Assembly (NCBI GenBank): GCA_038153405.1
Contig: JAYOYH010000037.1
Coordinates: forward strand, 1 to 47,757
DNA: 47,757 nucleotides
Source of the DNA: Gemmatimonadota bacterium
GTDB taxonomy: Bacteria > Latescibacterota > UBA2968 > UBA8231
Direction of reading: 5' to 3'
In this document: positions 27,827 through 36,505 of the stretch, piece by piece
How the letters are laid out: each line of letters begins with the position of its first letter
How positions within the stretch are numbered: the first letter of the stretch is position 1
The notes under the pieces: generated by a model
What the model saw: only the letters and a program-made list of their open reading frames with translations
Databases searched by the model: none
Told to the model about the DNA's origin: nothing
Position numbers and translations under genes: made by a program

Positions 27827-30490
27827 ATGTTGGGTATGAGGCGTTTTTCTTTTGAGCATATTCGGGGAGTGTATGTAGAGACATTGCTTATTGCCATCGT
27901 CTTGGTGGCGGCGGTAGGCTTGCGTTTATGGCCGTTGCTGGTTGGTGACCCAGTCAGACATCCAGACGAATACAACTTCGTATTTTTTCCACTGAACTTC
28001 TTTAGTGGAGATTTTAATCCCCATTTTTTTGCATATCCTACGCTACACTTTTACTTGGTTGGATTGGTATACTCACTACATTTTTTGCTAAGTAATTTTA
28101 GCATAGATCAGTGGGTCGCCTATCACTACTTCTGGCATCCCGACGACTTGCTTCAAGTTGCTCGTCTGCTTACAGTTGCCTTTTCTATAGGAGAAATTCT
28201 ATGGGTGTACGCAATTGGGCGGCACATAGCAGGAGCCTTCGCAGGTATCGCGTCGTCGTCGTTTCTTGCTTTTAATATAATTCACATACGCCATAGTGGT
28301 TTGGCCGCTGTCGATGTGCCACTTGCTTTTTGGGTCGCAGGTGCTACTTGGGCCATGCTGCGTCTAGTTAAAAATGAGAAGTGGTACGACTATGCTCTGG
28401 CTGGTACTCTAGTCGGCCTAGCTGGCAGTTGTAAATATCCAGCGTTAGTTCTCGTTCTCACTATACCAGTAGCTCATCTAGTTGCCGCCCGTCGTTTTTT
28501 TGACCATAGACTTCTATTAGCTTGCACCATGGTCTTGGTGAGCTTTGCGTTGACCGCTCCATATGTCATCGTAGACATTTCTCTGACTTCTAAATACCTA
28601 CTCAATCTGGCTAGCTTGGTTGAAGCTGGAACGGGTTCATCGGATTATCCCCCTGCTCTGTATTACCTGTGGATTAGCGCGCGTTATGGGGTTGGATGGG
28701 GCGGTTTTTTGGCACTGGTTCTCTGTATCATATTCTTACTTTATAAACCGCAGCGCGAAGTGTGGGTACTATTAGCTGCCTTGACATGTTATTATGGGAT
28801 TATTAGTTGGGGTGAGTACACTATTGTGCGCTATGCAGTGCCTTTACTAGGCTTACAATCGGTAATTTTAGGATTGGGTTTAGGCCGTCTCAATGGGCTA
28901 TGGCGCTATAGCTTTTGGGTATTGCTGCTCATTGAGCCGGTGTATGGCTCAATAAGTTTGGTGCACTTACAATCGCAACAAGACACACGAAATCAAGCCA
29001 AATTGTGGATTGAAGAACATGTGCCATCGGGTGCGCGTATTGGAAACTTTGGAGGCTGGACAGCAGAAGTACCGATTTCTACAGTGGATGAACTATGGTG
29101 GCGCCTGCGCCATTTTGAAGACGTTTTTGGCCGTGAGCGCGTTGACGAGTCACTTGATTTTTTAGAACGCACACAGCCGAGCAGACCCATTTACCGTACT
29201 ATAGTGCCAATGGGCAGCGATAGAGCGCTGTTTGCGGGGAATTGGGATTTGGTCGAAGAGAATGAAGCATCCTACATACTTATTCACAAACACGAATTGC
29301 ATTATTCGTACATTGATGCCGATTTCGCTCGTTTACTTCCCGAACGTGCCAATAGAGTACAGAACTGGCACCATGAAGCTTCGTCGAGTTCTTCTCCTGT
29401 ATATGATCCAGCGGACGCCTATTACGTACCCATAGGAGGGTGGGAATCGCTGCGTTCGCTTGGTCCTGAGGTTGAACTGTGGGATCTTGGAATCGATAGG
29501 GTCGAGCAAGAATGGACCGTTCGCCAGTTGTTAGCTCTGGCCTATGCGGTAGAAGCAAGAGCGCAAATGCGCAAACAAAGTAGTGGAGTCTCTTCTACAC
29601 TTCAGCGCGCATTGGATATGGCAGATCCCACCAGCGATGTGCTGTTCACCATTGTTGAATGGTATGAGCAACAGGGAAAATATGCAGAAGCACAAAGGTA
29701 CTGTCAGGAAGTTATCAAGATAGAGCCTGATAGTCGCCTTGCTCATAGCATGCTTGGCTCTTTGCATATGCAAGTTGGGGAGTATGATAAAGCGTTAGAG
29801 GTTTTGCAACATGCATTAGATCTGGGTACTAAATCTCCAAACGTTTATAACAACATGGGCATCGCACACATTCAACAGGTAATGGTCGATAAGGGCATAG
29901 GTTATTTGCAGCAAGCTGTTGAGTCTTCTCCTAACTTTAAAGACGCTTGGTACAACTTAGCTGTTGCACAGCAGATGAATGGGCAACTTGCTGAAGCTGA
30001 AATGGCCTATCTACGCCTTATCGAATTAGATGAAAACCACCAATCTGCACGGACTCAATTGGCTGCTATTTATATCCAACGTGCCAACGAATTGTTGCTA
30101 ACGAATACTACATCGGATATTGTGAAAAAGGCCATTGGTCTCTACGGGCGCGCCGTTGAATTGGATGCAGAAAATACAGACTCGTATGCAAACCAGGGGC
30201 GGGCTTATTACTTGGCAGGTGAGTTAGCTAAGGCACAGCGCGCTTTTGAACGGGTTTTGGCCGTTGGGCCTAGTGCCGTCGCTCAGTATAATTTAGGCCT
30301 AGTGAAAATAGCATCCGGGCAAGAAAAAGAGGCTGAACAAACCTATGCCGCTGCTGTGGCACAATACGGTGCGGTCGAAGGCGAGCGCATCGGAGCGGTG
30401 GACGATCTGCGCGCGCTGCTGTCTACTGAACACGAAGCCGCAGCGCAGCGCATTTTGCAGCGCTATTGGCCCAATTTAGGCGATATGTAA
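27827..30490 (+). CDS. GT-C membrane glycosyltransferase with an extended TPR array; paralogue of the upstream gene
   Basis: HPDEY, NFFSGDFNPHFF, GSCKYP and RYAVPL, followed by several TPRs (VYNNMG, AWYNLA, SYANQG, AQYNLG). Start uncertain. Confidence 0.78.
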   Translation: MLGMRRFSFEHIRGVYVETLLIAIVLVAAVGLRLWPLLVGDPVRHPDEYNFVFFPLNFFSGDFNPHFFAYPTLHFYLVGLVYSLHFLLSNFSIDQWVAYHYFWHPDDLLQVARLLTVAFSIGEILWVYAIGRHIAGAFAGIASSSFLAFNIIHIRHSGLAAVDVPLAFWVAGATWAMLRLVKNEKWYDYALAGTLVGLAGSCKYPALVLVLTIPVAHLVAARRFFDHRLLLACTMVLVSFALTAPYVIVDISLTSKYLLNLASLVEAGTGSSDYPPALYYLWISARYGVGWGGFLALVLCIIFLLYKPQREVWVLLAALTCYYGIISWGEYTIVRYAVPLLGLQSVILGLGLGRLNGLWRYSFWVLLLIEPVYGSISLVHLQSQQDTRNQAKLWIEEHVPSGARIGNFGGWTAEVPISTVDELWWRLRHFEDVFGRERVDESLDFLERTQPSRPIYRTIVPMGSDRALFAGNWDLVEENEASYILIHKHELHYSYIDADFARLLPERANRVQNWHHEASSSSSPVYDPADAYYVPIGGWESLRSLGPEVELWDLGIDRVEQEWTVRQLLALAYAVEARAQMRKQSSGVSSTLQRALDMADPTSDVLFTIVEWYEQQGKYAEAQRYCQEVIKIEPDSRLAHSMLGSLHMQVGEYDKALEVLQHALDLGTKSPNVYNNMGIAHIQQVMVDKGIGYLQQAVESSPNFKDAWYNLAVAQQMNGQLAEAEMAYLRLIELDENHQSARTQLAAIYIQRANELLLTNTTSDIVKKAIGLYGRAVELDAENTDSYANQGRAYYLAGELAKAQRAFERVLAVGPSAVAQYNLGLVKIASGQEKEAEQTYAAAVAQYGAVEGERIGAVDDLRALLSTEHEAAAQRILQRYWPNLGDM

Positions 30491-30530
30491 TAGACCCAAC
30501 GCTCACGCATTGATCGTTGCGTACGCATTT

Positions 30531-31271
30531 TCAGCCGCCGTCGCCCCAGCTTGGAATGGGTTTCTGCAGCGGATCGTCGATCCACAGGAACTGCCCGTTG
30601 ATATCGCTGTCGATGATATCGAGTACGAGCTTGGCCGCTTTCTCGGGTGGATCGCCGCCCGTCTCCTCCACCCAGGCTACCCAGTTGTCGTAATTGCCCC
30701 TCGCATGACCGGATGCGGCCGTTTTGTTGCGGATGTCGGCCCACATCGCAGTTTTGACATCGCCCGGATGGATCGCGTTTGCCGTAATGCCCGTGCCGTT
30801 TAGCTCAGCGGCGAGATGTCGCGTTAGCTGGTTGAGAGCGACCTTGGCGGTGGCATAGGCGCTGTTTAAGGGCCCAGGCGTATGCAGTGCCGCCGCAGAT
30901 GAAAGGTTGATAATGCGCCCCCAGCCTGCATCGAGCATGCCGTCGAGAAAGGCGCGCGAGACCAAATAGGGTCCAACCGTATCGATCATCAGCGTTTCGA
31001 TCCACTCTGCGGGCACGCTGTCTTTAACGAGGGCGATCGGCCCGAAGATGCCCGCGGCGTTGACCAGCACGGTGGGCCGGCCGAGCTGGGCTTCGATCTC
31101 TGCTTTTAAGCGGTCCACTGCGGCCGGATCGGCTACATCGGCCGCAAAGGCTGTCGAGTTGCGCGCTACGCGGGCCACGGCGACTCCCCGCTCCTCGAGT
31201 GCGTCGGCGATGACGGCTCCGACCCCTCGGCTCGCTCCGGTCACGACGGCGACCTGCCCTTTGAGATCCAA
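30531..31271 (-). CDS. SDR family oxidoreductase
   Basis: VTGASRGVG, VNAAG, GRIINLSS, YATAK and HPGDVKT. Confidence 0.88.
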   Translation of the reverse strand: MDLKGQVAVVTGASRGVGAVIADALEERGVAVARVARNSTAFAADVADPAAVDRLKAEIEAQLGRPTVLVNAAGIFGPIALVKDSVPAEWIETLMIDTVGPYLVSRAFLDGMLDAGWGRIINLSSAAALHTPGPLNSAYATAKVALNQLTRHLAAELNGTGITANAIHPGDVKTAMWADIRNKTAASGHARGNYDNWVAWVEETGGDPPEKAAKLVLDIIDSDINGQFLWIDDPLQKPIPSWGDGG

Positions 31272-31273
31272 TG

Positions 31274-32083
31274 TTAGATTTCCCCCGTTTTTTCCGTATG
31301 GGCAATGGGGTTGTCCTCGTCTCCCAAACGCTTGCGCTCGCTGCCCCAGTTGCGGACGTTGCCGTTCCAGTATCGGGTATCGGCTGGAGAGTACGAAAAC
31401 AGGTACGACCAGCGCGGTTTGTCGGTGGTGTTATCCGGCCCGCCGTGGACGGTATAGCCGTGGTGCACGGTGCAGTCGCCCGGCTGGTAGTGAAAGGGTT
31501 CGGACAGCCCCAACTCGGACGCCAGCAGGGGAAACTGCTCTAGTAGATCGCCCCGGTCGTCGTTGAAGACCGAGCCCAGCGGTCCTTCGCGATGCGAGCG
31601 GTCGACAAAGCGCATGGCGCCCATATCCGCTGTCACCTCGTCCAGCGCCAACCAGAACTGCAGCTCGCCAACGCGATCAGAGCCGTGCTCCGACGCGTCC
31701 TGGTGGTAGGTGGAGCCACGCGCCCCGGGCGGTTTTAGCAAGAGCAAGTCGATGCGGTAGCGCAGCGGAATATCGACGCCCTTAAAGCGCTTGCGATCGA
31801 CTAAGCGCGTCGCATTCTTTGCCATGCGCTGGCTGAACATAAACGAGCGAAACGGCTCGGCGCCCTCGTCTAGTGCCAGGCCTTTGTTGGGGCTCTCGGC
31901 GTGCTCCTCTTGCTCGCGGTGCTGCATCCATTCCCGGCCAATGCGCAGCATTTCCACCGCAAAATCCGGGTCGATGAGCCGCTTCATCATGACCCAGCCA
32001 TGCTCCCGGTAAAAAGCGACCTCTTCGTCTTTGACTTCCCGAAGGACGCCCTCGATTTCGCGTTCGGTCATAGCCTTGCCCAT
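31274..32083 (-). CDS. Phytanoyl-CoA dioxygenase family (Fe(II)/2OG) protein
   Basis: FYREHGWV, YHQD, WLALD, GAMRFV..SH, GDCTVHH..TVHG..N....R. AAGGAG RBS. Confidence 0.85.
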   Translation of the reverse strand: MGKAMTEREIEGVLREVKDEEVAFYREHGWVMMKRLIDPDFAVEMLRIGREWMQHREQEEHAESPNKGLALDEGAEPFRSFMFSQRMAKNATRLVDRKRFKGVDIPLRYRIDLLLLKPPGARGSTYHQDASEHGSDRVGELQFWLALDEVTADMGAMRFVDRSHREGPLGSVFNDDRGDLLEQFPLLASELGLSEPFHYQPGDCTVHHGYTVHGGPDNTTDKPRWSYLFSYSPADTRYWNGNVRNWGSERKRLGDEDNPIAHTEKTGEI

Positions 32084-32233
32084 AGTGAGTGCTCCTTTTT
32101 TAAAAACTTGATTGCTGATGTGCGAAGGCACGGGTTAAATGTATACGGCGACGCGGGACTCGTTTCTTATGTAGTCGTTTGCGGAAATTCTCGTCGTCCC
32201 GCACGGCCTGCCTACCAGTGGGTTCCTCCCTCG

Positions 32234-33127
32234 TCACCAGGCTGATCCGATGGGCGAGATATCCCGGGCCGACTGTCCAATATGCGCGAGCAACATCGCA
32301 TCGTCCTTGTTTTCGATGCCGTACAGCGCCCATTCGAGCCACGATAAACCGGCTCTAAATCGAGCTTCGTCAATCACCTCGGCAGGGTAGGCTGATTCGC
32401 TGAGGATGCGCTTGGCCAGTTGTTCGCCATAGACGTCCAGTAAAACGCCCACGTCAATGGCCTGGCTGCCGATTCCGGCCGTCCCCCAGTCGATGATCCC
32501 TTCAATGCGCTGTTTGCTCGGATCGTAGAGGATATGATAACAACCCAAGTCGCCGTGAACGAGCGATTCTCGTGTATTGAGCTGTATGGAACCGGCCTTT
32601 AACGGTGCAAAGTGTTCCTCAATCCACCGGCGCTGATGTTTCCACAGCTTGGGGAAAAGTACATCTTCAACGCGCTCGTACATCCGCATCAGATCGTCGA
32701 ACGTTCGCTGAGCCGCAGATTCCGATAGGCCCGCGTCGATGGCCTCGGCGCGGCTTATGCCATGTATCTGTTGATAAAACTCACCCAACTGTGCCAGCAC
32801 CCTCTGTCGAGTTGGCTCGTCTAGCTCCATGACGATAGTGCGCGAAAGCGGCACACCCTCGATAAATGGATAGCTGACGAAATCGTCTGCAGCCCGTTCA
32901 AATGGGGGGATTTTGAGGCTGATTTTATCGCGTAGAAATCGATGCAGAGTAACTTCTTGCTCGAGGTTCTGTTTGGCGAAATCCGTTTTGGCAAATCTAC
33001 AAGCAAAATTTCCATTCACGATGACAACATCGTTGTGCATGCCATCGCGGTTGAGCGCCGTTTGACCAATCACCAGCTTCGGATAGGCCTCGCGAATTGA
33101 GGCTACGTAGTTATGTAGGGTCTTCAT
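32234..33127 (-). CDS. Aminoglycoside/macrolide phosphotransferase-family kinase
   Basis: G-HNDVVIVNG..ACRFAK, YPFIEG, VHGDLGCYHILYD and GIIDWG. GAGG RBS. Confidence 0.8.
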   Translation of the reverse strand: MKTLHNYVASIREAYPKLVIGQTALNRDGMHNDVVIVNGNFACRFAKTDFAKQNLEQEVTLHRFLRDKISLKIPPFERAADDFVSYPFIEGVPLSRTIVMELDEPTRQRVLAQLGEFYQQIHGISRAEAIDAGLSESAAQRTFDDLMRMYERVEDVLFPKLWKHQRRWIEEHFAPLKAGSIQLNTRESLVHGDLGCYHILYDPSKQRIEGIIDWGTAGIGSQAIDVGVLLDVYGEQLAKRILSESAYPAEVIDEARFRAGLSWLEWALYGIENKDDAMLLAHIGQSARDISPIGSAW

Positions 33128-33286
33128 TTCCGCCTCGTCGTGATTGAGCATTGTGTTTGCTCCGGCAACTAGCGCTGGAGCCAATCGGTTCGCGGAGGCA
33201 TTAGTCGGCTCTCAGCAGCGGACCGCGCCAGTGAATTGGCAACGTAGACCACTTCTCCATTTGGTTGTTTCTACCCTCAGTGCAGT

Positions 33287-33835
33287 TCACAGTTTGCTGA
33301 CGGCGTCGCCGACGGCAATGGCGCCGGCCTGGACCACGCGCGCGTTGATGCCGCGCAGGTGCAGCGCCTTGCCCACCTCTGAATTGACAAAGGTCATGGC
33401 GTCCATGCCAAAGCGCTCGACAAACTTCTTACAGCCGTTGTGCGGTTCGGGGGTGACTTCTAGGACGGCACCGCCAATGGATAAACGCGTGCCGGCCGGC
33501 GCGTTTTCCTCGCTGAGATCAAAGTCCACGTAGAGCTGGTCACCGGCCAGCGCCCAGCGGTCTTTAGATTGGGCAATGTGCTGTATGGCGCGCGCGTTGG
33601 TCAGCGTAATCTGCGTCTCTGGATTGGCCGGTCGTTCGGGGCCGCCGCGGGTTTTCCAATTGTCGCCGACCAGACCGACGTCCAGATCCAATTCGCCTTC
33701 CTGTACGATGTCGCGCATTAACGTTTCCGGTCTGCGCACGATCATTTCCAGCGTGCCCTGTTCCTTGGGTGATTGGCGTATGGTGTCGAGGCCGGCCTCG
33801 AGCTGTTCACTATTCAGATGGACCGCAGTCGTCAT
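33287..33835 (-). CDS. MOSC domain-containing protein
   Basis: GLVGDNW, AGDQLYVDFDLS, PHNGCKKF and LRGINARVV--G-I-VGD. GGAGGAG RBS. Confidence 0.85.
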   Translation of the reverse strand: MTTAVHLNSEQLEAGLDTIRQSPKEQGTLEMIVRRPETLMRDIVQEGELDLDVGLVGDNWKTRGGPERPANPETQITLTNARAIQHIAQSKDRWALAGDQLYVDFDLSEENAPAGTRLSIGGAVLEVTPEPHNGCKKFVERFGMDAMTFVNSEVGKALHLRGINARVVQAGAIAVGDAVSKL

Positions 33836-33913
33836 GGTCTGGCTCCTCCGTAGGGTGGAATGCGTTCGCTTGGCCCCTAATTTAAGCAATCGCAGGGCAG
33901 TGCAGAAAGTGCC

Positions 33914-34993
33914 CTAATCGACGCGAGGGCCTAGGCGCAGCGCGTTGGTCTTGATTAGACAGAAAACCTCCTGTCCCTCTTCTAATGCCAGCTCTTCCAG
34001 CGCCTCGCGCGTAATTTTGGCGGCGATTCTCCGCCCTAAATCGACATAGATCAAATAGGAGCCGTCTACGGGAGCAATCTGTGCTATGGTTCCGCGCAGT
34101 GCGTTGCGAATGCTCAAGCCGTCTGGCCGCCGCCGCGAGAGGATGATGTCGTCGGCGCGCAGGCCGATGAAAATGCGCTGGCCAGCGGGCTGCGCGGCAT
34201 AGGGTATTTTGAGCTCCTGCGCGCCGCAGCGCGCTCGGCTAAAACCCGCCGTTGATGGGGATTCGAGCAGTTCGACTTGCAGCACGTTTTCAAAGCCGTG
34301 TTCGCCTAAGAGAGGGAGGATGCCCGGCTCGGTGGCGATTTTGAAAAAGTCGCCGTGGGCTAGCACGCGGCCGCGCTCTAACATAATGACTTGGCCTGTG
34401 AGTTCAAGAATCTCAGAAACCGAATGGCTTACGTAGAGCATGGGAATCGCCAGCTCGGTGCGGATGTAGCGCAGGTAGGGTATGATGCGGCTTTTTAAGC
34501 CTTGGTCGAGGGAGGCTAGCGGTTCGTCCATCAGCAGCAGGCGCGGTGAGCAGAGCAGGGCGCGCCCTAAGGCCACGCGCTGGCGCTCGCCGCCCGACAG
34601 GCCGGTGGGCCGGCGTTCGAGCAGTGGGCCGATTTCCAACAGATCGACGATTTGATTGAGCGCAAAGCGCCGCGCTGCGCTTGGCAGCAGGTCGTAACCG
34701 TAGCGCAGATTGCGCTCAACGCTGAGATGGGGAAAGAGCAGATCCTGCTGAAATACGTAGCCGATACCGCGCTGCTCAGGCGGCCGGTCGATGCTGCGTT
34801 CGGAGGAGAACAACACGTTGCCGTCAACGATGATTTCGCCCCGGTCGGGTCGCAGCAGGCCGGCGATCATATTTAGCAGTGAGGTCTTGCCCGCCCCGGA
34901 GGGGCCGTAGAGAGCGGTTGTTGCGTAGCAGCATTCGAGATCTACGGATAGCGCGAAATTCGCTAAATGGTGCTCTAAGTTGAGGCGCAGCAC
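33914..34993 (-). CDS. modC: Molybdate ABC transporter ATP-binding protein
   Basis: GPSGAGKT, IGYVFQ, LSGGERQRVALGRALL and YVSHS, with a C-terminal TOBE/Mop domain (SIRNAL). Confidence 0.92.
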   Translation of the reverse strand: MLRLNLEHHLANFALSVDLECCYATTALYGPSGAGKTSLLNMIAGLLRPDRGEIIVDGNVLFSSERSIDRPPEQRGIGYVFQQDLLFPHLSVERNLRYGYDLLPSAARRFALNQIVDLLEIGPLLERRPTGLSGGERQRVALGRALLCSPRLLLMDEPLASLDQGLKSRIIPYLRYIRTELAIPMLYVSHSVSEILELTGQVIMLERGRVLAHGDFFKIATEPGILPLLGEHGFENVLQVELLESPSTAGFSRARCGAQELKIPYAAQPAGQRIFIGLRADDIILSRRRPDGLSIRNALRGTIAQIAPVDGSYLIYVDLGRRIAAKITREALEELALEEGQEVFCLIKTNALRLGPRVD

Positions 34994-34994
34994 G

Positions 34995-35669
34995 TCAGGG
35001 CCTTCGCATGCGCCGCGCGGCCCACTCGCTGGCCACGAGCGCCGCCAGTGCAATGGCTATGGATACGACGACGAGCCGCGCGGCAGCCGCCTCGCCGTCG
35101 GGTTGGTTGAGGTAGGTGTAAATCGCTGCCGGAAGGGTGCGCGTTTGCCCGGCAATATTGGAAACAAAGGTGATCGTGGCGCCAAACTCGCCCAGGCTGC
35201 GGGCAAAGGCCAGGAGGGCGCCGACGATTAGGCCGGGAAGGGCCAAGGGCAAGGTAATTGTGCAGAAGGTGCGCAGTTTCGATGCGCCAAGTGTGCGCGC
35301 AATCCGTTCCAACTGTGGGTCGACCTCCTCTATGCTCAGGCGCACGGAGCGCAGAACGAGTGGAAAGGCGACGACGGCCGAAGCGATGACGGCTCCCTTC
35401 CAATCAAAGGCTAGTGTGAGTCCAAGCGCGTCGAGGAACGGTCCGAGCGGTCCGCGCCGGCCAAAGAGCAGCAGGAGCAGATAGCCGGTGACCACTGGAG
35501 GCAATACAAGGGGCAGGTGGCACAGGCCGTCGACTACGATTTTGAGGGGGAAGTCGCGTCGGGCCAGCAGCCAGCCTAGGGCAATGGCCGGCGGCAGCGT
35601 GACGACGACGCAGCACAGCGCCACCCGCAGCGAAAGGGCTAGCACTTCCCATTCCTCAGGGCTGAGCAC
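34995..35669 (-). CDS. modB: Molybdate ABC transporter permease
   Basis: LPLVLPPVVTGY and FARSLGEFGATITF. Confidence 0.93.
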   Translation of the reverse strand: MLSPEEWEVLALSLRVALCCVVVTLPPAIALGWLLARRDFPLKIVVDGLCHLPLVLPPVVTGYLLLLLFGRRGPLGPFLDALGLTLAFDWKGAVIASAVVAFPLVLRSVRLSIEEVDPQLERIARTLGASKLRTFCTITLPLALPGLIVGALLAFARSLGEFGATITFVSNIAGQTRTLPAAIYTYLNQPDGEAAAARLVVVSIAIALAALVASEWAARRMRRP

Positions 35670-36444
35670 GGGGGTCCTCGTCTATCGCGGTAAAACCGTG
35701 GCGGCGAAACAGCGCCTGTGCTTCGGCTGAACGGATATGGTTAAAGAGGTGCCGCACGGCGGGCCGGTCTCGTCCAGAGACCAGGGCGGCAGGGTAGCGA
35801 ATGGCGTCGTGCAGGCTATCGGGCAGGGTCGCGACAATCCGCACACCGCTGGCGATGGCCGCATCGGTGGCGTAGACCATGCCGAGCACGCATTCGCCGC
35901 GCGAAACGTAGGCCAGCGCGGCGCGCACGTCGGGCGAGGGCGCCAGGCGCTGTTCGAGCGCGTTCCACCAGCCCAGGCGCTGTAGCGCTTGCCGTGCGTA
36001 GATGCCAGCCGGCACGTGGGACGGGTCCGCTAGGGCGATGCGCCCTGCAAAGGCGCCGGCCAAATCAAAGGTGTGTCGCACATCTATGGCCAGAGGGCGA
36101 TCGGTTGGTGCGATGAATACGAGCGCGTTGCTCAACAAGTCGACGCGCGTGGTTGAATCAATGAGCGCGCGCTGCTGAAGGTAGTCCATCCACAGCGCGT
36201 TGGCCGACAGGTAGATGTCGGCGGGTGCGCCCGCTTCGATTTGCTTGGCCAGCGTCGAGGAGCTGGCAAAGGATAGGCGCACGTCGGGAAAGCGCGCGCG
36301 CGGCAGTAGTTCCTGCAGTGCAGAGCTCAGGCTGGCCGCCGCGTAGAGCGCGACGGGAGTATCTGCCGGTGCTGGTCGCGCGGCTAAGAGGACGAGTGCC
36401 AACAATAAGAGATATCGGTTTGCGTACATGGTATTGGAGAACAT
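35656..36444 (-). CDS. modA: Molybdate ABC transporter substrate-binding protein (start 36444 or 36429)
   Basis: Signal peptide, AAASL, ASSSTLAKQIEAGAPADIYLSA, HVPAGIYA and VYATDA. Confidence 0.92.
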   Translation of the reverse strand: MFSNTMYANRYLLLLALVLLAARPAPADTPVALYAAASLSSALQELLPRARFPDVRLSFASSSTLAKQIEAGAPADIYLSANALWMDYLQQRALIDSTTRVDLLSNALVFIAPTDRPLAIDVRHTFDLAGAFAGRIALADPSHVPAGIYARQALQRLGWWNALEQRLAPSPDVRAALAYVSRGECVLGMVYATDAAIASGVRIVATLPDSLHDAIRYPAALVSGRDRPAVRHLFNHIRSAEAQALFRRHGFTAIDEDPRAQP

Positions 36445-36505
36445 CGTCTCGCGCGGTTGCTCAGGCAACGCGTGTACGAGATAGGCGGCGCTGTGTTCGC
36501 CGCGT

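Noticed and set aside
25544..30530. Integrative element or genomic island with defined ends
   Set aside because: Composition is shifted, but I found no integrase, tRNA target or flanking direct repeats, and the GC change is gradual within the genes.
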